From IMG/VR virus record IMGVR_UViG_3300009034_000001, positions 1 through 64,000 of that record: 64,000 bases of DNA; one strand, 5' to 3'. Shown one piece after another: positions 51,920 through 60,118 of this stretch (positions are counted from its first letter, which is position 1; each line of letters starts with the position of its first letter). Under the pieces are notes generated by a model. The model ran no database searches. It had not been told where the DNA came from and saw only the letters and a program-made list of their open reading frames with translations. The position numbers were made by a program, and so were the translations under genes.

Positions 51920-52957
51920 TTAGTCTGGCAAAACAAGTGATTTGAATATGCGGTCATATACACCTACAACAGCGATCCCGTTGTCAACGCCAACTATTAC
52001 GCGTATCTCTTTAACTGTTGGAATAGTCCAGTCAAAATTTGTCACATCAGACCATGTTAGTCCAAAGTCGGTTGATCGTTTTAGCGTGCTGCCATAACCA
52101 CCAGCAAGCACAACGCCAAAATCAAGATAAGAAAGAGCGTAAAATCCACCTTCACCTACCGTAACACCAAGATCGGTCCATGTTGTTCCATAGTCGATTG
52201 ATCTCAATAATTTGATCGGATTTATTGTGGCAGCGATAACAATTCCACCTTCCACATACGTAAGCGCGTATATACGTTGTACTCCAGCTTGTTGACCAAG
52301 ATCGGTCCAAGTCGCACCGTAGTCGGTTGATCTCAGAATCTTGCCATTGAAACCCGTTCCGGCCAAAGTGATGCCATTCCCGAGATAACAAAATGAAAAG
52401 ATCTGAGTCTCGCCTGCTTGTTGACCAAGATCGGTCCAGGTCTTGCCATAGTCGGTTGACCTCAAGATTCTACCGCTCATTGTTTCACCGGTTCCAGCTA
52501 AGGCGATTCCTTTCTCAAGATAAGCAAGTGACGTAATGGGTTCCGCGACAGGTGAGCCAAGATCGGTCCAAGTCGCACCGTAGTCGGTTGACCTTAGAAT
52601 TTTGCCTGGGCCTTTACATCCCGCCAGCACAATACCATGCTCACAATAGGTCATTGAATCTGCTCCCACTGGTCCAGCTTGTTGACCAAGATTTGTCCAC
52701 GTTTGGCCATAGTCGGTTGACCTAAAGATCAGTCCCCCACCTATACCGGCAAGTACGACGCCTTTAGTACAATACGCAAGCGATATTATAAGATTGGTTG
52801 AAGATAAAACCCCACAATCCTTATATGCCTTACCTGCTAGAGCCCTATGGATCCAAGCTTCTCTAATCTCGACAAACAAGTTGCCAAGCTTGTAACCCCA
52901 AGGTGACTGCCAATCCATATTTAAACATTCTATAATACGTCTTGGAAGTTTTCTCAT
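51920..52957 (-). CDS. BNR/Asp-box repeat beta-propeller protein
   Basis: Six RS(T/I)D(Y/F)GxTW repeats at ~42-aa spacing, with near-identical DNA repeats. Confidence 0.88.
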   Translation of the reverse strand: MRKLPRRIIECLNMDWQSPWGYKLGNLFVEIREAWIHRALAGKAYKDCGVLSSTNLIISLAYCTKGVVLAGIGGGLIFRSTDYGQTWTNLGQQAGPVGADSMTYCEHGIVLAGCKGPGKILRSTDYGATWTDLGSPVAEPITSLAYLEKGIALAGTGETMSGRILRSTDYGKTWTDLGQQAGETQIFSFCYLGNGITLAGTGFNGKILRSTDYGATWTDLGQQAGVQRIYALTYVEGGIVIAATINPIKLLRSIDYGTTWTDLGVTVGEGGFYALSYLDFGVVLAGGYGSTLKRSTDFGLTWSDVTNFDWTIPTVKEIRVIVGVDNGIAVVGVYDRIFKSLVLPD

Positions 52958-52983
52958 CTAAATTAGTACTCTCCACTTATAGT

Positions 52984-53187
52984 CTAAAATCCAAATTTCT
53001 TATCTTTCCAAAACTCTAACCGTTCGAGAAGCATCTGATTAGAAGGTGACTTTAACAAGGCACGGGTTATTCTCCGGATTTTGTTTCTGGCAGTTCTAAC
53101 CTCCTGTCTTCGGTACTTGCCAGTTTGGAGATTGTGCTCTTGCTGTCTTTCCTTCTTAGAGCCTCTCTTCCTATGTTGTCTAGTCAT
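52984..53187 (-). CDS. Small highly basic protein
   Basis: Arg/Lys-rich 67-aa ORF. Confidence 0.6.
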   Translation of the reverse strand: MTRQHRKRGSKKERQQEHNLQTGKYRRQEVRTARNKIRRITRALLKSPSNQMLLERLEFWKDKKFGF

Positions 53188-53230
53188 TACGCCATCATAA
53201 CTAGACCTCCTATTGAGTTAGAATTTTCCT

Positions 53231-53359
53231 TTAAATAAAAGGTATTATATCTCTAATAAAATCTTTCAAATAAGTCAAAGTTCGTTTTACGAATGCGGGA
53301 TCCGTAATAAGTATCCAAATAACAACGCCAACTCCAAGTGTACAAGCTACTAATTCCAT
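53231..53359 (-). CDS. Small membrane peptide (42 aa)
   Basis: MELVACTLGVGVVIWILIT...; re-started relative to the ORF track. Confidence 0.45.
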   Translation of the reverse strand: MELVACTLGVGVVIWILITDPAFVKRTLTYLKDFIRDIIPFI

Positions 53360-53369
53360 TAGAAGTTGT

Positions 53370-53594
53370 TTAGCCTTTCTTTTTTCCTTTGGCAGCCCAA
53401 ATAGCTTTATGTTGAGCCAATGCCTTTTTATAAGTTGGGAAACAGGCAATAACTGTACCTTTCTTTGGCCCACGGTGATGAATTGTACACCATTTATTAC
53501 CGCGCTTCTCAATCTTACGGCCTAACATCTCGCCAACGGCGAGTGATAACTTAATAGCAATTCACCTAAGTTGTTTCTTTAATTGTTCATCCAT
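53370..53594 (-). CDS. Small basic protein with an in-frame TGA at codon 11 (or a 52-aa gene starting at 53528)
   Basis: TAATG-coupled ATG; MDEQLKKQLR*IAIKLSLAVGEMLGRKIEKRGNKWCTIHHRGPKKGTVIACFPTYKKALAQHKAIWAAKGKKKG. Confidence 0.55.
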
Positions 53595-53817
53595 TATTCT
53601 TTCTTTTCCTTAAACTCCTTTGGAACCTCATCGGTTTCATAAACACAAGTTTCCAAAATTGTAAACATCTTCTTCTTATTCACTTCTAACTTACAAAGGT
53701 TACATTCCATAATGGGAGTACGAAGAATCTCCTTCATAAGCTTGATGTTATTGTCTGAAATTAGCAAAAATTTCATCTTCTATACCTATTTTGATCTTGC
53801 CATCTTACGGACCTCTT

Positions 53818-54081
53818 TTATAAAACTTCCAGAGGCGTTTCCGGTTGAGGCTGACCATTCGCTATGGTGTTGGTTGCGCCACAATTGCGACAAACTCTTG
53901 ATACAACACCGTTGAGAACGGACACATACAAGTCCTTGTATTTTATGCGAAGTACCTTCTTCTCACGGTCCGTAAATCCCAAAATGGCCCTGCACTCCCT
54001 ACAACGCCATACCTGATCTTCAGGTAAGAGTGACTGTCCTTTTGACTTCTTTGTAGCCTTTCCAAAGTCTTGCTTTTTCAC
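53818..54081 (-). CDS. Mu Com-like zinc-ribbon protein
   Basis: WRCRECRAILG...VCRNCGATN. Confidence 0.65.
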   Translation of the reverse strand: MKKQDFGKATKKSKGQSLLPEDQVWRCRECRAILGFTDREKKVLRIKYKDLYVSVLNGVVSRVCRNCGATNTIANGQPQPETPLEVL

Positions 54082-54172
54082 ATTAGACCTCCTTAACAGT
54101 CAGTTTATACTTCCGTCCATTCAGAACAGAAAAATTCTCCTTACGCCGAAACTAAAAGTCCTAGCTAAATAA

Positions 54173-54201
54173 ATTATATGAAATCTTCCCTATAAAGTCA
54201 T
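54173..54201 (-). promoter_or_regulatory. sigma70-type promoter
   Basis: ATGACT-N17-TATAAT, intergenic, upstream of the Com-like gene. Confidence 0.55.
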
Positions 54202-54216
54202 CACCATTAAACACCT

Positions 54217-54594
54217 TTATGTACTCTTCTTGACGCACTGCGCCTTCACATCCAAAATGGTATAGTAAGCACTTAGTTCTGCGTCAAACAAATTTGGTCC
54301 AGGTCCTTTCACGTCCTTACAAACAAGGTTAACAACCGAATTTTCGTACCTCCGTTGATGAAGAGTGGTGTGTACTTCCTCAGCTAAACTGAACAATTCA
54401 TCAGGACTAGAATGCCAAATCCAAACACGAAGTACTCCCGAAATATAATCATACTCGCGTTCCCTTGGCATGTACTTAACGGTTATTACAGGCACATCAG
54501 GATCTTCAAATTCACTGACCTCTCCAACCCGGGTGGGCACCAAAGTTGCATTTGTTAGTTCTTTAACAGCTATTGACAATAACTCATTTATCAT
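54217..54594 (-). CDS. Tail completion/terminator protein
   Basis: Size, synteny after the gp10-like gene, P.IT motif. Confidence 0.65.
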   Translation of the reverse strand: MINELLSIAVKELTNATLVPTRVGEVSEFEDPDVPVITVKYMPREREYDYISGVLRVWIWHSSPDELFSLAEEVHTTLHQRRYENSVVNLVCKDVKGPGPNLFDAELSAYYTILDVKAQCVKKST

Positions 54595-54605
54595 GTCGAA
54601 AACCT

Positions 54606-54935
54606 TTACCTCTTATGTTTAGCGCCGAGCTCACTTTCAATGATTTTTTCTATATCATCTTCAACTAAAATCAATGCTCGAGTTATAAAATCGTTAGAAG
54701 ACATCTTCCGCGTTCCAAATACAACATATCCAACGTAGTGTACTTTGTCTTCATCCACTCCAATACGGGTGATGAGTTTAGAACCGTCTTGGACCGTCTC
54801 CCTCTCAACCTTTTTACGCATGTAACCCGAATCCACAGGGCACTCTTCTTCCATTTTCAACTCCAACATACCTGTTGCCTTCTCTGTAGCTTTTAACAAC
54901 CTTTTAATTACCGCCTTTTCAAACTTCTTAAACAT
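54606..54935 (-). CDS. HK97 gp10-like neck protein
   Basis: CPVDSG.M, Y..YV.FGTRKM...F...A. Confidence 0.85.
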   Translation of the reverse strand: MFKKFEKAVIKRLLKATEKATGMLELKMEEECPVDSGYMRKKVERETVQDGSKLITRIGVDEDKVHYVGYVVFGTRKMSSNDFITRALILVEDDIEKIIESELGAKHKR

Positions 54936-54947
54936 ATCTAACCACTA

Positions 54948-55514
54948 TTATATATTATGAATTCCGGATTTAACTATAAGGACCTTTGTTTCATAATGAT
55001 GCACTCCGTTTTTATCAAATCCCATATTAACCACCGACGCGGAATACATCTCCCCTTCAAACTCAATCACATCACCCGGTAATATCTCATCCCTAGACAT
55101 TATAACTCCATCTGCGGGAATAAACTCTCCTGCTTGTGTTAATATACGAGCCTTGTCTGACTTATAGAAAAATACCTTAATACTGTCAAAAACTTTCTGA
55201 CTATCCGGCTTTGTATGTCCTAGTCGATCAGCAGCTAAGATAGTCACAGTTAAACCACCAGTTACAACTTCATCAATATTGTCAAAATCCTTCGCTCCAA
55301 GTCTGGAGCCAGCTTTAGAAAAAACGAAGTCTTCCGTAACGGTAGCCCCAACGTTTTTAACTGTAATGGTGCCAGCACCAGAGGCTTTTACGGATAGTAA
55401 CTTACTTTCCGAAAAGGTTATGCCAAGTGGCGAAGCGCCATCTCCGGCGGGGCCGTAGGCTTGACTTGCGTCTCTATATACATCAATAGTATGCTTTAAC
55501 CAAGCATCAAACAT
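54948..55514 (-). CDS. Head closure-like protein
   Basis: Synteny; GD.I...G..Y and HHYE C-terminal motifs. Confidence 0.6.
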   Translation of the reverse strand: MFDAWLKHTIDVYRDASQAYGPAGDGASPLGITFSESKLLSVKASGAGTITVKNVGATVTEDFVFSKAGSRLGAKDFDNIDEVVTGGLTVTILAADRLGHTKPDSQKVFDSIKVFFYKSDKARILTQAGEFIPADGVIMSRDEILPGDVIEFEGEMYSASVVNMGFDKNGVHHYETKVLIVKSGIHNI

Positions 55515-55573
55515 GTTGTCCTACCAAATTAGTTTGTGATAAGTGCGCTTAGTTAGCGTCATAACGCTATACA

Positions 55574-55873
55574 TTATGGACAAACTAGTTGATTGATATA
55601 ACCACTTAGCTCTATTTCGGTCAACAGTGGACATGTGTGTTTGTCCATCAGTTCAATTTCAGCTGCATCAAGATCCGTACAGTTTTGGATCTTTGTGCCA
55701 AGTTTAACATGAGAACATGGTCCACAAGTACAATTGTCTAGTAACTCAACCTGTCTGTTAGTTAAACCCCCGCCAGTTCCAACATTCAAAAGGTTGCCCA
55801 TCTTACAATCTGAAAACACAGGACAACATCCAATATTTAAGAGTTCCTTTTCACGATCAGTAAGCGTTAACAT
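55574..55873 (-). CDS. Cys-rich triple-repeat head-region protein
   Basis: Three LT.xExELL...xCP....(K/E)LG..I units. Confidence 0.75.
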   Translation of the reverse strand: MLTLTDREKELLNIGCCPVFSDCKMGNLLNVGTGGGLTNRQVELLDNCTCGPCSHVKLGTKIQNCTDLDAAEIELMDKHTCPLLTEIELSGYINQLVCP

Positions 55874-55889
55874 CTAATTTACCGCCCCC

Positions 55890-56699
55890 TTAAATTACCT
55901 TCCTATAATATTTGAGGATTGTCAAAACCTCTTGTTCTTGTTCCTTAACGCTTTGAAGACTGTACGAATAACTCAAAATTCTTTCAGAAGATAATCCCTC
56001 ATTCTTCTTCTTGTTCCACAACATAGCCCCAATCTTTAAACAACTTATTCTCAAATCCTCCGGTAACGCAGTAAATCCAGCCTGATAGGTAATGTCAATT
56101 GGCGTTGCTTCGTTGGTTAGTGACGATTCAAATGAAACTAAACCAGTAGCCGGATCATACCATTCTACCTCAAAGACAGTTTCCGTAACCCTATGTTTCA
56201 CTGTTGGCGTGGTAACAATTGGATAGTTCTGAAGAAAGAAGTGTTTATGCGGACCTAATAGCTGAACTTCTGAATATGATTCAATATTAAACCTTCGCTT
56301 GCAAAAGGAACTTACAAAATCGGTCACGCCCTGTGTCAAAATATTTAGTATATACTCATTCCCGGAAACTGAAATCCCAATCCAATCTGCAAGTTCTTGG
56401 TTGTCAATATATCTCAGGTCATATGGATATTCAATTACCTTGAAGGATTTTGAACTGTTAGCAAAGACTTGATTGCCAGCTTTCAATCCACTGGCAATAG
56501 TGAAGAAGTTATAGCCAACTTTAAATTCAACAGGAGATGTATCAACCTGTGCTGTATATTCTGTTGCAGTAATTTTGGTAAGCGAAACCGTGCAAACTAG
56601 AGTGCGGGCAATATCAAAAACAGTAGCAAATGGACTTGAGGGTTCGTTTAGGAAAGAGAAATCAAGTAGGATATTTTGTCCCTTAACAACTTGTCGCAT
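55890..56699 (-). CDS. Head-tail connector (gp6-like) with N-terminal beta extension
   Basis: YI...EL, FC.R.F, ITY.AG...LPEDL..., E....YSYS, IL..YR. Confidence 0.8.
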   Translation of the reverse strand: MRQVVKGQNILLDFSFLNEPSSPFATVFDIARTLVCTVSLTKITATEYTAQVDTSPVEFKVGYNFFTIASGLKAGNQVFANSSKSFKVIEYPYDLRYIDNQELADWIGISVSGNEYILNILTQGVTDFVSSFCKRRFNIESYSEVQLLGPHKHFFLQNYPIVTTPTVKHRVTETVFEVEWYDPATGLVSFESSLTNEATPIDITYQAGFTALPEDLRISCLKIGAMLWNKKKNEGLSSERILSYSYSLQSVKEQEQEVLTILKYYRKVI

Positions 56700-56723
56700 A
56701 TCTCCGATCCCCTATCAAACAAA

Positions 56724-56939
56724 CTACTCTCCTAATTTTCTGGCCTGTTCCCAAACCTTTTCAATTTGATCATCTGGGACTTCTCTTAAGAATTTATATC
56801 CAATTAATTGAAGGTTCTTAACTGATTGTTCGTTTTTACAAACAGCAATACCGTTTAAGACCGGAACCCTTTCAAAATAACAATCTTCTTCAAACTCACC
56901 AATCAGTTTATGCTGTGTAAAACCTAGCACATAAGCCAT
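56724..56939 (-). CDS. Hypothetical head-region protein
   Basis: AAGGAGG RBS; downstream of the capsid gene. Confidence 0.65.
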   Translation of the reverse strand: MAYVLGFTQHKLIGEFEEDCYFERVPVLNGIAVCKNEQSVKNLQLIGYKFLREVPDDQIEKVWEQARKLGE

Positions 56940-56984
56940 AATAATTTGACCTCCTTGGACCTTAATATAGCCTTAATAGACACT

Positions 56985-57003
56985 AAAAGCCGGGACGCCC
57001 CGG
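56985..57003 (-). terminator. Intrinsic terminator after the major capsid gene
   Basis: CCGGG-GCGT-CCCGG followed by CTTTT. Confidence 0.5.
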
Positions 57004-57072
57004 AATATCTTTTATCTTTCTTTGAAAAAAAACCCAGCCTCAAAAGACTTCATCCATAAGGTAATTTTACAA

Positions 57073-58044
57073 TTAGGCAATCTTTACGTTGATTATCCTA
57101 ACAACAGCCTGAGGATCTCGGCTAACCATAGTTTCATCACAGAAGATGTCAAATGCATCAAACTGTGAAGAAGTCTTAGCCAATGGCTGTACTGTTAGTT
57201 TAGTCAACTCACCAACAAAGACCTTTGTAGTGTCAATCACAAAAAGCACAGTTGTGTCTCCACCAGTCATGCCTGTAATGTTGGTTCCATTGGAAGTCAA
57301 CACATTAGAAATGTTGCTGGACACATAGATAGGCACGTCATTGTAGGCAGGAAGTTTGAAACCTCCTTTAACCTCCGTAACGTTCACCCACCTCTGCAGT
57401 GATTGTAACAACCCAATGATCGATCTGCGACAAGACTTAGAGCAAATGACCATATCAGGATTGCCTCCCCGCAAAGTGTCAATGGCTTCGTCCAACTTTG
57501 CTCTTGTCAGAGCAACACCGCCCATGTCTATGGTAAGACCGGCAAGTGCATTTAAGCCGTCAAATGCCTTTGCGTTCTTTGCTGGTTCACTGGCGTTGGT
57601 GTAGTTACCCCAAATGTAAGCATAATCCTCCTTGTCCTTAAACTCCATGGTCTTGTTCTCAATTACCTGAGCAAGCAAGTTACCGAAAGTCTGGCCTACG
57701 GCCTGAGCCTTTCTTGTAACCTTACCCTGGCAACCAATTGTTCTGTATGGAAAAGCATACTGATCATAAGAACCAGTACTTTCCTCCAAATCTTCGATGT
57801 CGTTAACAAATACACACGGGGTTTCGGATGGAGTCTTTCTTACGAGGTACCAAGCATCACCGCTACCGGGTCTCCTTGGAAGGTTAACTCTCAACGGATT
57901 AAGATACTCAACTAATTCAGTTACAACACGATCAATCTGTGGCTGCATTTTGGCGAAATGACCAGACAGGCCTTCACCAGTTGCTGGCCAATCAGGCATC
58001 TTAACCGCACGGATGACCTCTCTCAAGTTCTCTTTTGGATCCAC
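57073..58044 (-). CDS. Major capsid protein (HK97 fold)
   Basis: Follows the protease/scaffold; 323 aa; FDGL, LDEAID, YNDVPI, PLAKT; perfect RBS. Confidence 0.88.
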   Translation of the reverse strand: MDPKENLREVIRAVKMPDWPATGEGLSGHFAKMQPQIDRVVTELVEYLNPLRVNLPRRPGSGDAWYLVRKTPSETPCVFVNDIEDLEESTGSYDQYAFPYRTIGCQGKVTRKAQAVGQTFGNLLAQVIENKTMEFKDKEDYAYIWGNYTNASEPAKNAKAFDGLNALAGLTIDMGGVALTRAKLDEAIDTLRGGNPDMVICSKSCRRSIIGLLQSLQRWVNVTEVKGGFKLPAYNDVPIYVSSNISNVLTSNGTNITGMTGGDTTVLFVIDTTKVFVGELTKLTVQPLAKTSSQFDAFDIFCDETMVSRDPQAVVRIINVKIA

Positions 58045-58099
58045 TCAAAATCACCTCCTTCTATAGAAAATATTATGACCAAACGGTCTTCAAAAAAAA

Positions 58100-59797
58100 T
58101 TACTTAATCACCTGACAGAGCCTATTAAGCTTCTCAATCGGATTCATCTTCTGATAGTCAGCATCGTCTTCCAACCTAGGGATTTCCTCTTCCTTTTCAA
58201 CAAAAACACCTCGTTTAACAATGCCTTCAGAAAGAGTCTTGAGTAACCCAGCAACTTCATCCCACTGAGTAGTCAATCTTTCGATTTCATCAGCAACCCA
58301 GCCTCTTAGAGAATCGATATCCTCTTTCTTTGCTAGATCATCTGGGATGGCTTCAATTACTTCCTCTTCCTTAGGTTCCTCAGTCTTTTCCTCTTCCTTA
58401 GGTTCCTCTACTTTTTCCTCTTCCTTAGGTTCCTCTACTTTTTCCTCTTCCTTAGGTTCCTCAGCTTCACGTTTCTTTTCAGGAGCAGGATATGGATACT
58501 CACCAGCCAAAAGCGCGGACACCTTTTCTTTAATTTTCTGAATTATAGATTTTGCCTCTTCAGAGCCAACAACCTTAAGTAACCCATCAACCATTTTGAT
58601 TATACCCTTTAGCTGTTCCACTGTAGAAGCCTGTCTGTCAACTGCTTCAATCTTTTCTTCTTCCTTAGGTTCCTCGACTTCCTCGACTGGGATTGCACTA
58701 ATACCAAGCGCGTCTAGCTTGTCATTAAGAGCTTTCACCTGCTCAATCAATTCAGATGTTGATAAATCAATTTTCTCCTCCTTGGGTTCCTCGACTTTTT
58801 CCTCTTCCTTAGGTTCCTCGACTTTTTCCTCTTCCTTAGGTTCCTCGACTTTTTCCTCTTCAGGCTCGGTTATCCTCTTTACCTTTTTCCACTCTTTAGC
58901 ACACTCTGTCATGGATGTACCTTTTCCCATACACTCAGACATAAACTTTTGATAATCAGTCTTGGCTTGTGCAATAACTTCGTCAAGTCCTTCAAGAGGT
59001 TCTTCGCGCTCGACTTTTTCCTCTTCCTTAGGTTCCTCGACTTTTTCCTCTTCCTTAGGTTCCTCGCGTTCGATTACTTCCTCTTCTTTAGGCTCCTCAG
59101 TCTTTTCCTCTTCCTTCTTAGGTTCCTCTACTTTTTCCTCTTCCTTAGGTTCCTCAAGGGATTTCGACTTTTGGAGTACCTCCTTGACTTTCTTCACTTC
59201 CAAATCACCTCCTTCTTCAATAAGATCAAAATCTTCAACGAGATCCAACAATTCCTCTAATTGAGCATCTCGTTCAATCCACCAATCTATAATATCAGCC
59301 TGCCAAACACCAGGCACAGACACTAATGAACATTCTAACAGCAACAGTTTTGAAGCAACAGTAATCTGTTTGTTATATTCCTTACTCCACTTTGACTTCC
59401 TGTCAAGAATTTTACCACGGATTGAAAATTTAGAAATGACTCCTTCAGTGACCTTCTCCCAAATTTCCATCTCCGCGCATGAAATAAGAGCCTTAACCCA
59501 CAAGCCTTTTTCTCGAGCCTCAACTTCAATAACTCTGCCAATTGGTCTATCCGGATTGTGATTGAATAGCAATGTAGGACGATTTAACAGATCTTGAGCA
59601 GCTTCCTCCAGAGCCTCTTTCGTAATAATAATATCGTCAACCCCAAGATCAACAGTTGTCGCGAATCCTGACACAAACCACTTCGGCTTCTTTTCATCAT
59701 CAGGCTCCGCTTGTCTCTCAATTATATCAATTGGAAAAGTAAAACACTTTTCTCCATTACAAATCAGTTCAAAATCGTTTAACTGATCCAAAGACAT
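58100..59797 (-). CDS. HK97-type prohead protease fused to an EEPK-repeat scaffold
   Basis: GFATT.D, LLFNH, GLWV, FSIRG, ECSLV; acidic repeats. True start may be TTG 59791 by RBS spacing. Confidence 0.9.
   Translation of the reverse strand: MSLDQLNDFELICNGEKCFTFPIDIIERQAEPDDEKKPKWFVSGFATTVDLGVDDIIITKEALEEAAQDLLNRPTLLFNHNPDRPIGRVIEVEAREKGLWVKALISCAEMEIWEKVTEGVISKFSIRGKILDRKSKWSKEYNKQITVASKLLLLECSLVSVPGVWQADIIDWWIERDAQLEELLDLVEDFDLIEEGGDLEVKKVKEVLQKSKSLEEPKEEEKVEEPKKEEEKTEEPKEEEVIEREEPKEEEKVEEPKEEEKVEREEPLEGLDEVIAQAKTDYQKFMSECMGKGTSMTECAKEWKKVKRITEPEEEKVEEPKEEEKVEEPKEEEKVEEPKEEKIDLSTSELIEQVKALNDKLDALGISAIPVEEVEEPKEEEKIEAVDRQASTVEQLKGIIKMVDGLLKVVGSEEAKSIIQKIKEKVSALLAGEYPYPAPEKKREAEEPKEEEKVEEPKEEEKVEEPKEEEKTEEPKEEEVIEAIPDDLAKKEDIDSLRGWVADEIERLTTQWDEVAGLLKTLSEGIVKRGVFVEKEEEIPRLEDDADYQKMNPIEKLNRLCQVIK
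58360..59157 (-). repeat. ~27-bp EEPKEEEKV coding repeats in four blocks (13 EEPK units)
   Basis: Near-identical GAGGAACCTAAGGAAGAGGAAAA units. Confidence 0.9.
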
Positions 59798-59846
59798 ACC
59801 TCCTTAATAAAAAGACAAATGCGGCGTTTACGCCACCTTGTTTTCT

Positions 59847-59875
59847 ATTTTAACACCTTGCAGGGCACCTGTCAA
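59847..59875 (-). promoter_or_regulatory. Strong sigma70-type promoter for the head genes
   Basis: TTGACA-N17-TAAAAT. Confidence 0.8.
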
Positions 59876-59906
59876 CCCCAAAACAACACCATAACTCCTT
59901 TTAGGA

Positions 59907-60107
59907 CTACAAAAGGCCTCTGTTCCTCATTACCGCGGTGAAAACATCGGGCCACCAATCTCGATTGAAGTTCGCTTTCCCGTTGCAGGATCTACAGATC
60001 GTAATTAGATTGGTTGGAACACAATACATTGGATTATTGGGGCCTTTTATCTTGTCAGACCTTTTACGTTTGTGTTCTTCAGTTTGTCTGTAACCTTTAC
60101 GTGACAA
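59907..60107 (-). pseudogene. Internally deleted NUMOD3-HNH homing endonuclease remnant
   Basis: NUMOD3-like QTEEHKRK.S....G.NNPMY joined directly to the HNH C-terminal half NLITICRSCNGKAN; the first half of the HNH motif is missing. Confidence 0.65.
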
Positions 60108-60118
60108 TTTGTAACACC

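Noticed and set aside
53231-53512. 93-aa ORF as annotated
   Set aside because: Its N-terminal half overlaps a more protein-like frame (53370-53594); only the C-terminal TM peptide is retained.
58360-59157. EEPK DNA repeats as a CRISPR array
   Set aside because: In-frame coding tandem repeats with no unique spacers and no cas genes.
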